Source of the DNA: Takakia lepidozioides
Taxonomy: Eukaryota; Plantae; Bryophyta
Direction of reading: 5' to 3'
DNA length: 64,000 nt
NCBI GenBank assembly: GCA_030704615.1
Contig: CM060734.1
Location: forward strand, 59,520,001-59,584,000
The position numbers were made by a program, and so were the translations under genes. Shown here piece by piece: positions 27,119 through 41,000 of this stretch; position 1 is the first letter of the stretch, and every line of letters begins with the position of its first letter. The notes under the pieces are model-generated. The model worked only from the letters and a program-made list of their open reading frames with translations. It did not search any database and was not told the origin of the DNA.

Positions 27119-29979
27119 ATGGCACCTTCGAACAGCAAGGGAGACCGGACCCCGACCAGCAAAGCGGATCGGAAGGCTGCACTGGATGTAGGTGCCTGGC
27201 TGTTCAATGTGAGCACCTCAGTTGGAATCATTATGGTCAATAAGCAGCTCATGGCCAACTACGGCTTCACCTTTGGTCCGTATTTTTTGCTTCTCCTGTC
27301 GGATCAATCTGCTTCATTGCTTCTGTTTTCCCCAGATCGATATCAGAGTTTCATGGGCATATCTTCTTTAGCTTGTCCTGGTTCTCAGACAGGTAAACGG
27401 ATGCATCTGCTCTTCAAATTACTTCCAGGGTGGATTAGCAAAAGCCTTCTTTGATTCAACTGGGGTGCAAAGATGTCTTCTTCAGAAGTGCATGTGTGCA
27501 TCATCACCTATATGTTGTGCTCCCAACAGAGATTATTGTTCCATTAGAGTGGACTCTTTAATGCAGCAGTACTACACTATAAGGAGTGGCAGAGAGTTTG
27601 TGAGACTTGCAACTTCCAAACATTTCTTCTCTGAAAAGGGAACTAAGGATGTGTTGTAAACATGACTATGGCTCCAACCAATTGTCAGCAATCACTGCTA
27701 GAGAGAGAATGCCAATCGGTGTCAGTGTAACAAAGAGCCTATACCACAGCAAAGGGCCGCTTCCACCATTTGGGGTACTATTCTCTTTCAAGCTCACTTT
27801 GTGAAATGACCTCAGTGCGCACTCCTTCAATCACAAACCTTTTTTAAGCTAACACTGAAGAACTGATGTTGGGTGTTGATGGTTTTGAACTCGGATGCAG
27901 CTACAACTTTGACAGGCCTGCATTTTTCAATGACAACACTCATGACAATTGTCCTGCGGTGTATGGGATATATACAGCCTTCACATCTGCCCCTTGTGGA
28001 TCTAATAAAGTTTGCTTTGTGTGCAAACTTCTCCATTGTCGGCATGAATGTCAGTCTGATGTGGAATTCTGTTGGTTTCTACCAGGTAAAAGTGTCTGGC
28101 CCTTGTGCAGTTGTTTTGTCATAGGGTGCCCACTCATATCAACAAAAGCAGTGTATAACAATTGTAGCTGCAAGCTGGACTTCATCATTGGAACGGATGT
28201 TTGCGCCTCACGAAAGCCAGCATAGAGTTGTTCCTAGTGTGTACTCTGAGGCAATCATAAGTTGTTACACTGCTTTATGGACACCGGAGCCTCAGCAAAC
28301 TCTAATCGGCAAGTAACTGTGATGATGCAGATAGCGAAGCTAAGCATGATCCCGGTCTCTTGTTTATTTGAGGTGTTGTTTGACAAAATTCGGTACTCCA
28401 GAGATACAAAGCTGAGTATAATGGTGGTGCTGGTGGGCGTCGGTGTATGCACAGTCAGTGACGTGAGTGTGAATGGCAAGGGCTTTCTTGCGGCAGTCAT
28501 TGCTGTCTGGTGCACTGCATTGCAGCAATATGTGAGTTCCTACAGTCTTTCCTGCACTAATTCATGTCAAACTGAAAGTTGACTGTAGTGAGTACTTAGC
28601 CTGGCCAGATGTGCACAAAATAGTTAACGTCTGTGTGCCACATTTGTCCATCCACAACACTTGTGATGGAGGAAACATGGCATTGGTCGCAAGTGTGTCC
28701 TACAGGTGCAGACCTGGATCCCGTCCATTTTGTTATATAATAAGGCATGGTCTGCTTGAATTTTGGGTGCTCATTCAATGTGAGTGCTTTGTTTAAAGCC
28801 CTTGAGTGAATAGTGGTGGCTGGGTCATGTGTGTTGTCAAGCGTCCACCTTTCCAAGATGTGAATTGATGAAGTTGCCATTTGACAATCCAGCTGCTTGA
28901 TGCATGTAGACAAAGTAAGTTGGATGTAAAGAGTAGGGACAACCTTGTTTTTAGTAGGTTTAGGTAGATATGAGCTTCTGTCATATTTAGGTGTAATGGA
29001 GCTACTATTCATCGGTTTTTTCATAAATTTTCTGTTGGTACTCTTCCATTCAGTCTGGTCTTGTTTCCTTTCCCCTTATTAGTTCTACATTCAGTTTGAA
29101 GTGGCAGGTTCTCTTCCTAGTGACTGAAGCTTAGCGTTTGCCCTTGCATTTCCTGGACATAGTAGTCAATCTTTCTGTTTTCTTAGTTTGTTTTGTTTAT
29201 GCTCAAGTCTTTTGTTGATGGTCTCATTTGCTCCTTTTTCCTTGCATGAGGTTTCCATGTGGCCTTCTCTTGCTCAATTTGTCAAAATTTAGCTCATGCG
29301 TTAGGTCTAATTTCCTTGAAAATGGACGTTTTGCAGTACGTACACAACTTACAAAAGAAGTACTCGCTTGGCTCCTTTGACCTTCTTGGTCACACAGCTC
29401 CTGTACAAGCAGGCAGCCTTATTATTGCTGGGCCTTTCATGGACTATTGGTTGTCAGACCTGAGAGTTGACCACTATGACTACAGCATCCCTGCAATTGT
29501 AAGCATCACCTCCTAGCCTTTGCAATTCAGTGACATGAAGCTTTGTTCCTACATGGTGCTCACTAGAATACTATCTAGCTATGTCTGGTCTTAGCTCATT
29601 TTTGTGCTTCTGATCATTGTTGTTTGCCTGGGGGTTGCTGGATATGCAGTTTTTCATCATACTTTCCTGCGTGATTGCGGTGGGCACAAATTTGAGCCAG
29701 TTCATCTGCATTGGAAGATTTAGTGCGGTCTCCTTCCAAGTTCTGGGCCACATGAAGACTGTCTTGGTGCTGATTCTGGGTTTTTTCCTCTTTGGCAAGC
29801 AAGGCCTGAGCTTGCAGGTTGTCTTCGGCATGGTGCTAGCAGTCTGTGGCATGGTTTGGTATGGCACTGCCTCTTCCAAGCCTGGGGGCAAGGAGAAACG
29901 CGTATTTTCTGTTCCCAGTGACAAGATACAGAAGGGTGCGGCTGGAACAGTTGATGAAGAGCTTGGCCTGAAAAGCTAA
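27119..29979 (+). CDS. URGT: UDP-rhamnose/UDP-galactose transporter (NST-KT / TPT family), 5 exons
   Basis: [73 protein letters not shown]; GT-AG introns. Confidence 0.92.
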
Positions 29980-30720
29980 GTAATTAGATCCCAAATGAAG
30001 GAGCTCTCCTCCCCTCACATTTGCACCAATTGTCTAAAGACTTGGCTAGAACTCTTGACTAGCCTCATCAGGCTATAATTTATTTGCTCATAGATTGCTT
30101 AGTATGTGTCTTTTCATGCGAGCAGCTGAATGATTGAAGCAATGAGATATAAGTAGTATTGTGGCAACTTCTGTTGAATTTTCCTTCTCTGTGCAGCATT
30201 TGCTGTATGCCAGAATCTTAGGCTATTCTTTTAGCCATCTTAGGGGAAGAGGAAAAGTAGGGAGATTGATTTGTACCATAGACATGCTGGGTGGGTTCTC
30301 ATCTCATCTCATAAGATCTATTTAAAGTTAAGCTTCCAGCCCTGCTTGTCTTTTGGGTCTTTGAGGTTGGGCCTTCCCATCTATGAAAGGAATTGTTGGG
30401 CACCTTGACTTGAGCTTTCAGAGCAGAGCTGACCACCATCAAATCTTCTGATGAAGTTTGGTTTCTTCAGCCATTTGTCTGGCTGTGTCTTTGATCTAGG
30501 TAGTCAATGCTTTGAAGTCAAGACCTCTCTTTACCTCTTGACTTTCTCACAAGATCCAAAGATATTGGAACGGTGTCAAAGTGATTTTTTTGTTGTTTGC
30601 AATCAACTATCATGACTGGCATCCTGATGAGAGAAGTGGTCTCCTGTAGAAGGTATGATGGTGTTGAATATGAGATACAACCACATGTTTACAGATGAGT
30701 TCCAGTGAGCATGTGTATGG

Positions 30721-31650
30721 TACAATCATATCTCCGATGGCTAAGAGAAGGGCCAATGATATTCGTGACCAAGAAAAGACTCTTCAGCACAAGTTGCTAC
30801 ATCACAATGTAGATTTATTGCGATCATGCTGCTGCTCCTGTATGGAGAAATTCCTGAACCAGACTCTGTGAGAAGATGAATAATAGCCTGATGAGCTTAG
30901 TCAAGTTTGTAGCTTAGTCTATGAACAGACAAACGTTTATCCTTAGTGATCCTCTTCTGGAGGGGTAGAAGCAAACAGTTAAGTCACACCGACTGTTGCC
31001 TTACACAATTCCACCATTTCTGTGGTGGTGTCTTTGATGTAGGTCTGAACTCAAGGTGCTAGAAGTCATATTATCTGAGGAGGTACAAGCTATATTTCAG
31101 ATTGCAAGTATCCCACACCACTCAAATGGAATGCCACAACACTATAACACAGACACTCAACAGAGGGTGTCAACAGTAATTATTTCAAGCACCTGAACAG
31201 ATTCTCATTAGTGTCTGCGGGGTGATATATCCCCAGTCAAATGCCCACATCCAGGAAACCCTACACTATACACATAGTAAGGAGGTCTAAGGATATTGGA
31301 ATGGTGTTGCAATGGTTTTTGTTGAACTTGCAATCAGTAGAGATCATGACAAACACCTGATTTGCATAACAGTATCGTGTAGAAAAATATGCGTGTAAGA
31401 TGGTGTTTACTGAGACAAGAGATGCTATAGATGCCCTTCCTACAGCTCAAATCACCACCCGCCATGTTTATGATACAAATCAATTCTTCGCTGGCTAAGA
31501 GAAGGGCCAAGATGGCAAAGAACCAAAGATGCAGAGAGAAGAACTCTTCAGCGGAAGCTGCTACATCATGATGTAGATTCCACCTATTCACAATCATTCT
31601 GCTGCTCCTGTATGAGAAACTCCTACCGACCAAACTGTCTGCGAGCAGAC
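30721..31650 (+). repeat. Diverged direct duplication (about 30721-30876 vs about 31473-31650)
   Basis: Shared blocks TGGCTAAGAGAAGGGCCAA, ACTCTTCAGC, TGCTACATCA, ATGTAGATT and CTGCTGCTCCTGTATG occur in the same order. Confidence 0.7.
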
Positions 31651-31773
31651 CCTGACCTGCCTAGTGGAGAATTGTAGCTGATCTACAGACAATTGTGGCA
31701 AACAAATGTTTTTCCTTCCCCAAAGGATTGGAAGAGGCCTGACCAACCTTCCCAAAGACTGCCAACACGATGC

Positions 31774-32376
31774 CTAGGATAACCTTGGACACTTGTTGTC
31801 ACTCTGGTGGCTAATAACACTTGCGAGATCCTTCCGCTTCATATTCTCCCTTGTAGCAACTCTTGAGGAATCCTGCCCGTTGCGCCCCAATTCCAATTCT
31901 TGCAGAGGCAGGTCTGGGAGGAGGTCAGTCTTCTCAGACGACCACCTGCGGCACTTCTTGTCGTAGTGGGCGTGAGCACCTGCAACAAAACCCTCTTGCC
32001 GTCGCTTTCGACTCTCTCTTGTCGGAGACTCGAAGCTGTAGTCTTGGAGGGGCAAATCTTCGCCGTAAACCCTTTTGATTTCGCTAGAACGCATATTCAT
32101 GAGGCTTCGGAGGCGATCAGGCATGTCGTGGATGTGCAAATCTCCTAGATCCCAATAGCACCTGGGGTTTGGCTCAAACGACCAATATGCCATCAAGCCG
32201 ATTCCGTATACGCCGAGAGTAAGTACCTGTGCAAAAGAGATGATGCCTGTGCACAATACGATCCAAACCTGTATAACAACAGAAACCCTCTGCGGATAAA
32301 ATCCTGGAGCGCCACCAGAACCCAACAGAGATCTTGACGCTCCTTCTTCTTCCCCCCACACGATGCCAATCTCCAC
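31774..32376 (-). other. 200-codon ORF of unknown significance
   Basis: Open frame with a hydrophobic segment and charged C-terminus. No recognisable domain; non-ATG start. Confidence 0.2.
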
Positions 32377-33817
32377 TCATATAAATAGTCGAACCTGCCT
32401 CTACCTTTTCATCCACCTGCATTCTCGAGCTTCTTTTTGTCTCGATGCTCGAGCTTTTGGCCACGTTGTCCAAGGAAATTGTCTAATAAAAGTTTTGCTT
32501 GCACTTTTACATTCCACTGCGTGGTAAAGTCCTCGAGACCGTGGGTGTGGAATAGACCGGTCTTAGGCAGAGACAGGTAGGCCTCACTCATTCCAGGATA
32601 AGAAGGGCGTCATACGCCAACCAAGCCCTTGCAATTCAAATGACTCGTGGTAGCTGCCTGGAAGGTGTGGGCAGCACCACTTCATCGCCCTCCAACTGAC
32701 CATATCTCCATGACACCGGGGACTATTCCACACACAATTCCGACTCTCATGCCAAAGGAAATCATGTTATTCTCCCTAAACTTTGTTTCATGACAAAACA
32801 GACTTCAATCTGCCTGTAAATGATAGTCACAGAGACTGCACACGACCTATCTACAGCTGCACATTCGCTCATGCTAACTTAGAGAAAGTCAATAAGAAGG
32901 CGGGCTTGAAACGTTCAACGTCATCTGGAGAAATGTCTGCCGAGTCCCTTCAAGTGTATTTTCGCATCAATTGCAAAACGGTAACGTCCGATCTGTCGAA
33001 GGCAGTGTTCATAAACTACATGCGAACTTTCTCAAATCTGCACGTGAAGTTGTGCTCCCCCACAAAACTCTAGTATTTCCTGCGTCTGCCCTCTTGGGCT
33101 GCCTGCATGGCAGTCTCAGACCTCAAAATAAATCTGGCCCTGGAGGTTAGCAGGGGCGATATTCGTAGTCTTGGTTTCTCTTCGTCCGCTAATGGGCGTC
33201 TTCCCTGTTGCGGTAACACCTTTCAGGTCAGGATAATTGATGCCCAATCTGCACATTGTAAAACTCCTTAAGCTCTCTCCCTGTGGGCATGTAGCTTCAA
33301 TGGTGTCTGCATACCAAGCTTTTCTGGTTCTTACATGCTCCTGTGCGTAGCCTGCAGTTCCATGGATTTGGACAGATAATTTGCAGATCCCGCTAGTGGG
33401 CCACTCTGCTGAATTAGGCTACTCAAACCAGATTCTCCCTTCTCTCGGAAATTCGGAAATGGACAGGCAAATAGCAAGAATTCTGCGAGAGAGGACAAGA
33501 GGGCGGCTGTAAGTGGAAGATTACCAAGGGGATCCTCCCTACAGCCTCTTCTATCTCGGATGTAAATGTCATGTGTAACTCCTGCTCGCTGGGCTGTGGG
33601 CACATAGTGCAAGACTGTGTTGTTGACGGTTCCCTGCCTTGCACAGTGTAAGACAAGCGCTTGATGTCACGAGTTGTGAAGAACAGGGTGGTTATGCTGC
33701 GAGCACGAAGAAGAGTCCAAGATGAGCACAATCCACGGTTATAGGGGTCATAGGTTTGCAAACTGAACTATAGATCATAGGCAGACATACTAGGCTACTG
33801 TTGCTTTGTCACTTATA

Positions 33818-36800
33818 CTAGGGTAGCCTGTGCCGTTGGCCCAAGCACTGTGAAGTCCAAGTGCAATCCCTTATGTATCCAAGTGCGTCTCCTATGTGGA
33901 GGCCAAACCGCGACCACTAGGTAGCCTCTGCTGTTGGCCCAAGGGTCCAATGTCATCTAAGTCCAAATGCATTTTTTTTCCACATAGCCTACGACCAGAT
34001 TTGAACCGGAGCCTTTCCCTTGATATCTCTCCTCTCGAGGCTCCAACCATTATCCCAGGAATTCCCACTTTGCTATTTTTCGGGAATTTCCAGCGACCCG
34101 TACTTGAGATTTCACACCGCAGGTCCAAAAATCATGAGACCAAGCCCGTGCACCCCTCCTCGTCGAGGGCTTTCCAATGGTACCAAGCACCAGGGGGCTG
34201 GGGCCTCGCGGTTGGGGACATCTCAAATCTACAAAACAAAACAAACGTCTCGTTTCATATATTGACTAGGGTAGCCTCTGCCGTTGGCCCAAGTGTCTAG
34301 GGTCATGTAAGCCCAAGTGCAATCTCCTATGCATTCAATTGTGTCTCCTATGTCTAGGCCCAAGTATGACCTCAAGGGTAGCCTGTGCCGTTGGCCCAAG
34401 TGTCGAATGTCATCTAAGTCCAAGTGCAATCCCCTATGTATTCAAGTGCGTCTCCTATGTTGATGCCCAAATGCGACCTCTAGGGTAGCATGTGCCATTG
34501 GCCCAAGTGTCCAGTGTCATCTAAGCCCAAGTGTAAGAACTTCTATATATCCCAATGTGTCTCCTATGTGGAGGCCCAAGTGCGACCTCTAGTGTAGCCT
34601 ATGCCGTTGGCCCATGTGTGCGACCTCTAGTGTAGCCTATGTCGTTGGCCCATGTGACGTGAAGAATTGAAACCTACGACCAAGTGCAATTTCCTATGTA
34701 TCCAAGTGCGACCTCTAGAGTAGCATGTGCCGTTGGCCCAAGTGTCCAGTGTCATCTAAGCCCAAGTGCAATCTCTTATGTATCCAAAGGCATCTCCCAT
34801 GCGCGCCTCCCATGTCGTGCAATCTCCTATGTATCCAAGTACGTCTCCCATGTCAAGGCCCAATTAATTTTTTTCCATGAATTAATATATCCTATCATTA
34901 TTGACACTAGGGTAGCCTATGCCGTTGGCCCAAGTGTCCAATGTATCTAAGTCCAAGTGCATCAATATATGAAGCAAACCATATCTAATCAATTTTTTTT
35001 CTACAGAGCCTACTACGACCAGATTTGAACCAGAGACCTTTGCCTTGATATCTCTCATGCCGAGGCTCCAACTATTGTCCTAGGAATGCCCATTTTGCAA
35101 TCCCCTATGTATGCAAGTGCGTCGTCTCATATGTCGAGGCCCAAGTGCGACCTCTAGGGTAGCTGATAACTAGCATGTAGCCCAGTGGTAATGGGCACAT
35201 ACCACGTTGGATGTGGTTGTGGGTTCAAACCACGGTCTGGTATGTCATGAAGGTGTCCACCTTTCAGCTGGAAGGCAGTAGCCTTTGTGGTGAAGAGACA
35301 CAATAATTTACATTCCCTTCGGGAGGCGTCTATATTTATATATTTATTTGTCTAGGGTAGCCTCTGCCGTCTAATGTCATCTAAGTCCAAATGCATTATC
35401 TAGGGTAGCATCTGGGCCGTTGGCCCAAGTGTCCAGTGTCATCTTAAGTCCAAGTGCAATCCCTATGTATCCAAGTGCGTCTCCTATGTCGAGGCCCAAG
35501 TGCGACTTATAGGGTAGTATGTGCCGTTGGCCCAAGTGTCGAGTGTCATCTAAGTCCAAGTGCAATTTTCTATGTATCCAAAGACCCTCATGTTTGGGAG
35601 ATCTAGGCCTAGGGTAGCATGTGCCATTGGCCCATGGGTGAAGAATTGAAATCGAAGCCCAAGTCATGCAATCTCCTATGTATCCAAGTGCTTCTCCTAT
35701 GTCGAGGCCCAAATGCGAACTCTAGGATAGCCTGTGTAGTTGGCCCAAGTGTCCAGTGTCATCTATGTCCAAGTGCAACCCCCCATGTATCCAGAGACCC
35801 CACTATTTGGGGGATCTAGGGTAGCGGCCTCGGCCATTGGCCTATCTTGTGTGAAGAATTGAGATCTAAGCCCAAGTGCAATCTCCTATGTATCCATATG
35901 CGTCTCCCATGTAGAGGCCCAAATGCGACCTTAATTGTCCAATGTCACCTAAGCCCAAGTGCAATCCCAAAGCCCACTTTGCTATTTTTGCAATCTCCCC
36001 TCTCGAGCTTCATATATTGATATATCCACTCTACTATTTTTCGCGAATTTCTAGCGACCAAAAGTACTTGAAATTCCAAATCTGCCAGGTGAAGAGCCAA
36101 TCATTGCTCTAGGAAAAGCCCATTTTGCTATTTTTGCAAATTTCCAACGACGAAAAGTACTTGAAATTCGACATATCTCACACCGTAGGTCCAAAAATCA
36201 TGAGACCAAGCCACTGCACCCCTCCTCATCAAGGGCTTTCCAACGGCACCAAGCACCGGGGCTAGGGCCCCACGGTTTGGGAGATCTCAACGATGCTACA
36301 AACAAACAAACAAACAAACGTCTTGCTTCATATATTGCTCATATGTATCCAAGTGCTTCGCCTATGTCGACCTCTAGGATAGCTTGTTTATTCCACGGAG
36401 CCTACGACCAGATTTGAACCGGAGACCTTTCCCTTGATATATCTCCCGTCGAGGCTCCAACCATTCTCCCAGGAATCCCCACTTTGCTATTTTTGCTATT
36501 TTTGGTGAGTTTCTAGCGACCCAAAGTACTTGAAATACACATCTCCCACACCGCAGGTCCAAAGTTGTGAGACCAAGCCCGTGCACCCCTCCTCGTCGAG
36601 GCTTTCCAACGGTACCAAGCACCAGTGCCAGGGCCTCGCGGTTTGGGACATCTCAACGCTACAAAACAAAACAAAACAAACAAACAAATGTCTCGATTCG
36701 GATATTGACTAGGGTAGCCTGTGCCACGGCCCAAGTGTCCAGTGTCATCTAACAATCCCTTATGTATCCTAGTGCGTCTCTCCTATGTGGAGGCCCAAAT

Positions 36801-37879
36801 GTGACCTCTAGGGTAGCCTGTGCCGTTGGCACAAGTGTCCAATGTCATCTAAGCCCAAGTGCAATCTCTTATGTATCCAAGTACATCTCGTATGTCTAGG
36901 CCCAAGTATGACCTCTAGGGAAGCCTCTGCCGTTGGCCCAAGTGTCCAGTGTCATCTAAGTCCAAGTGCATCTCCTATGTCGAGGCCCAAATGCGACCTC
37001 TAGGGTAGCGTGTGTCGTTGGCCCAAGTGTCCACTGTCATCTAAGCCCAAGTCCAATCTCCTATGTATCCAAGTGCGTCTCCTATGTCGAGGCCCAAGTG
37101 CAACCTCTAGGCCCTAGGGTAGCCTATGTCGTTGGCCCAAGTGTCTAGTGTCATCTAAGTGTCATCTAAGCCCAATTGTAAGATTTTTCTATGTATCCCA
37201 GTGCATCCTCTATGTCGAGGCCCAAGTGCGACCTCTGGGGTAGCATGTGCCTTTGGCCCATGTGTGTGAAAAATTGAAATCTAAGACCAAGTACAATTTC
37301 ATATGTATAGGGTAGCCTGTGCATTTGGCCCATGTGTATGAAAAATTGAAATCTAAGACCAAGTACAATTTCATATGTATAGGGTAGCCTGTGCGGTTGG
37401 CCCAAGTGTCTAGTGTCATCTATGTCCAAGTGCAATTACCTATGTATCATGCGTCTCCTATGTCGAGGCCCAAATGCAACCTCTAGGGTAGCCTTTGCCG
37501 TTGGCCAAAGTGTCCAATGTCATCTAAGTTTTTTTCCACAGAGCCTACGACCAGATTTGAATTGGAGACCTTTGCCTTGATATCTCTCCCGTCGAGGCTC
37601 CAACCATTGTCCCAAGAATGCCCACATTGCCATTTTTGCTATTTTTGTGAATTTCCAGCGACCAAAAGTAATTGGAATTCCGTATCTCCCACACCGCAGG
37701 TCCAAAAATCATGAGACCAAGCCGGTGCACCCCTCCTCGTCAAGGGCTTTCCAACGGTACCAAGCACCAGCGCCAGGGCCTCGCGGTTTGGGACATCTCA
37801 ACGCTACAAAACAAACGTTTCGATTTATATATTGATGTCTCATGTCTCTAGGGTAGCCTGTGCCGTTGGCCCAAGTGTC
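33818..37879 (-). repeat. Tandem array of Helitron-type 3' termini (~105-110 bp unit, about 25 copies) with interspersed ~300-bp units
   Basis: On the minus strand the unit ends TG(G/T)GCCAACGGCACA-GGCTACC-CTAG, i.e. hairpin plus CTAG. A perfect hairpin copy is at about 36819-36833. The outermost CTAG (33821-33818) is followed by T. Longer units lie at about 33985, 35007 (partial), 36000 (partial), 36398 and 37541. Confidence 0.7.
35164..35350 (+). mobile_element. tRNA-derived SINE with 11-bp TSD
   Basis: A box TAGCCCAGTGG, B box GGTTCAAACC, AT/T-rich tail. Flanked by TCTAGGGTAGC at 35153-35163 and 35351-35361. Confidence 0.75.
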
Positions 37880-38009
37880 TGTCGTGCGCATACATATCGC
37901 TACACAACTACATCGCTGTCCAAAACCACACAACACATGTGCACACCAAACACTAGTCTATCACTAGTGCACCACTAGTGCACCACTAGGCTGCCACTAG
38001 TCCATCACA
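37880..38009 (-). repeat. 3' LTR (~130 bp) of the PHD-Ty3 element
   Basis: Starts TGTGATG right after the PPT AGGGGGGCGAT on the minus strand. Ends CA where the Helitron array resumes. Contains CACTAG repeats. Confidence 0.6.
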
Positions 38010-41000
38010 ATCGCCCCCCTAGCTGGCGCTTAGGTCCTTCTAAGTCCAGGTAGCCACAAGATGTGATAGTGGCCATAGCCTCACTAAGTCCTCCACCACT
38101 GTCCCTACTACAGTCAAACTGGATAGATCAAGAGGTCGGGTACAAGAGTTGCCCCATCATTAGTCGTCATCTTGCAACCTGTGAACTTGAACCTGAGATC
38201 TCGGGTATGGACTCCTATGAGCTTGGCCTCCTATGTCTTGTTACTTGGCACTAGTAATATCCACTGCCACTATCCCAAGCAGTGTGGACAAAACCAATCT
38301 TCATCAGGAACCCTCTCAAGAGGTGGTGTCAAGCATCCTATGTGCCAACCTCTTGAGCATCAATCATACACCAGCATAGTGACGGCACCACAAGCATGCC
38401 CATATAGCATGCAACACAACCCTGCGTCGGGATGGCATGCATCTGCCTTTTTGTGTATCTTGGCATCGAGAGGTCAGGTTGGACCTACAACAAGGATGAC
38501 TGTAGACAGAGTGTCTGAGGACCCTTAGGCTAGTGGTGAGCCAGGTGGTGCCAGAGATATACATGAGGATTCGGTTGTGTTGGACTATCTCCGCACTGGA
38601 GACACGACAACTGTGTGACTACCAAGGAGAGGGATTGGATCTTGCAACGAGCCAAGAGGTTCAAGTGGGAGGGGATACACCTACTTCGAGTGTGGGAGGA
38701 TGGTTGGGTGAGGATTGTGCCTCACCCAACACAGCGTGCATGGTTAGTGCGGCATGCCCATGAGGAGTTGGGGCATTTTGGAGTGCGACGCACTCATAGT
38801 TTAGTGTAGGGGCAGTATTGGTGGCGTGGTATGCACACAGAGGTGCAACAGTTCGTGGCTTGGTGCATGGTGTGTGACAGGGTGCGTGCTTCATTCAACG
38901 CCCCTACACCATAGATTCATCCATTACCTATCATGGGATTGGGCTACAGGTGGAGTCTTGACTTCGCAGGGCCTTTGCCACTGACGATGTGTCACCACAG
39001 ATATGTGTTGGTGATGGTGAAGCACTTCTCCAAGTGGATTGAGTTGGTTCCATTGCCTGACAAGGCTAGTGAGGGGGCTGCGTATGCATTCTTGGATTGT
39101 GTGCTTAGCCGATTCGCTGTTCCAGCTGAGGTACTCACGGACCAAAGGAGAGAGTTCTTGGGGGAGTTTCAGGCTTTGTGTGATACAGCCTTGATAGACC
39201 ACCGTACCACTTCTCGAGATCATCCTGAGGCTGATAGCTTGGTAGAGAGGGTTGTGCAAACAGTCAAGTGAGGCTTGCGTAAGTATGGCTTGTAGAAGGG
39301 ACACTTGTAATATTGGGACCTTCAGCTATCTTGGTTGGTCATGGGCTACAGGTTTAGCAAGCAAGCATCACTTGCCTCGCTCTCGCCTTATTTCTTTTTC
39401 TTTGGCCGAGAGCCAGATTTGCCTGCATCTATTCGTAGGGAGGCTGCAGTACTTGTAAACCTTGATGATCCGGATGTGTGGACACAAGCATGTGCCCAGC
39501 AGGCAGAGTTGTTCAAGAGAGTCATGCTTATGGCTTTTGAGAATTTTGCTATTGCCCAACACCGAGACACATTGAGGTATGTCACTATACGTGGAGGGGG
39601 ATATCGGCCAGGTGTTCGGTGTTTCCACCCTGGGGACTATGTGTATCTGCAGCAGATAGCGCCTACGACCTTGGATGTCACAGCAGGACGTGTGATTCTA
39701 AGGGTCAGGGAGGTGTTGCCTTCAGGAGTGTTGATTCTGGAGGGTCGAGATGGCATGGTATGGAATGACCATGCCTCATCTCCTCATCCGTCTCACCATA
39801 CCACCGAGCTCCAGTGTCATCCTGCTGGCTCGTGCATGGATTGCGACTCAATCCATCTGCATCCCTATTGACCAAACCTAGTCGATGCACAACCTGAAAG
39901 TCATACTCTTGGAGTATAAGTGCCCACCGTGCAAGCTTCCCTATAAGCTTGTCTGACTCTATCAACCACTTGAGTGGCTGGTGAACTATGACAAGGGTGA
40001 AGAGATTGTCGTATAGATAGCACCTGAAGTGTGCCACGGCCCACACTGCAGCCAAGCACTCCCCCTCATATGAGCTATACTTAGACTCTGCAGCGTTGTT
40101 CGAGCGGCTAGCATAAGCCACTACAAACTCTCTTCCCTCATCATCCACATGTGTGAGCACCGCTCCAAGCCCCAACATGCTCCAATCTGTATGCAGCTAA
40201 AAGGGACGCCCCCTGATAAGTCGTCTCAAGATGGGCGCCAAGGTCAATCTCGCCTTGAGCTCCTGAAAAGCTTGCTCTTGCTCATCTTCCCACTGCCACT
40301 CCTGGTCTACCTTGGTCATCTTGGTTAGAACCTTTGCAATAGCACTAAATCCCTTGACAAACCGTCTATAGTAATTTGCCAACCCCATGAAAGCTTGAAC
40401 TCGGCTCACATCCATGGGGCGTGGAATCTGTGTGATGGCCTCTACCTTAGTCTGTTGCACCCCCAATCCTCCAGGTTATATCATGTGGCCCTGATACTCA
40501 ATCTGGTTGTGGAAGAACTTGCACTTCCTCGGATGTAATTTCAATCCGTGCACTCTCAAGTGCTCAAACACCACCTGAAGGTGATTCTCGTGCTCCTCCA
40601 CCGTAGCGCTAAAGATGATGATGTCATCTATGTAGCACCGAGCAAAGTCTACCCCTGCCAGAATCCTGTCCATGACTCTCTGGAACTCTGTAGGAGCGTT
40701 CTTAAGCCCAAATGGTAAGAACTACCACTGATATAGGCAATCCTTCATGTGCTCATTGATCCCCCAGAATGTCGTCTTCTGCTTGTCTGCCTCCTTGATC
40801 GGCAACTGGTGATATCCGGATCGCAAGTCCAGAGTGCTAAAGACCTTGGCATGCCCAATGGTATCAAAGATCTCCTCCGGTGTGGGCATGACATACTTAT
40901 CGGACTTGGTTTGACGATTTACAGGCCGGTAATCACCGCATATATGTCTCTCCGTCCAATTGCCATAGACATCCTTATTGGCTGGTATCACTGTGACTGA

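Noticed and set aside
33892-37936. Short ORFs in the tandem array
   Set aside because: Repeat-derived, with no domains.
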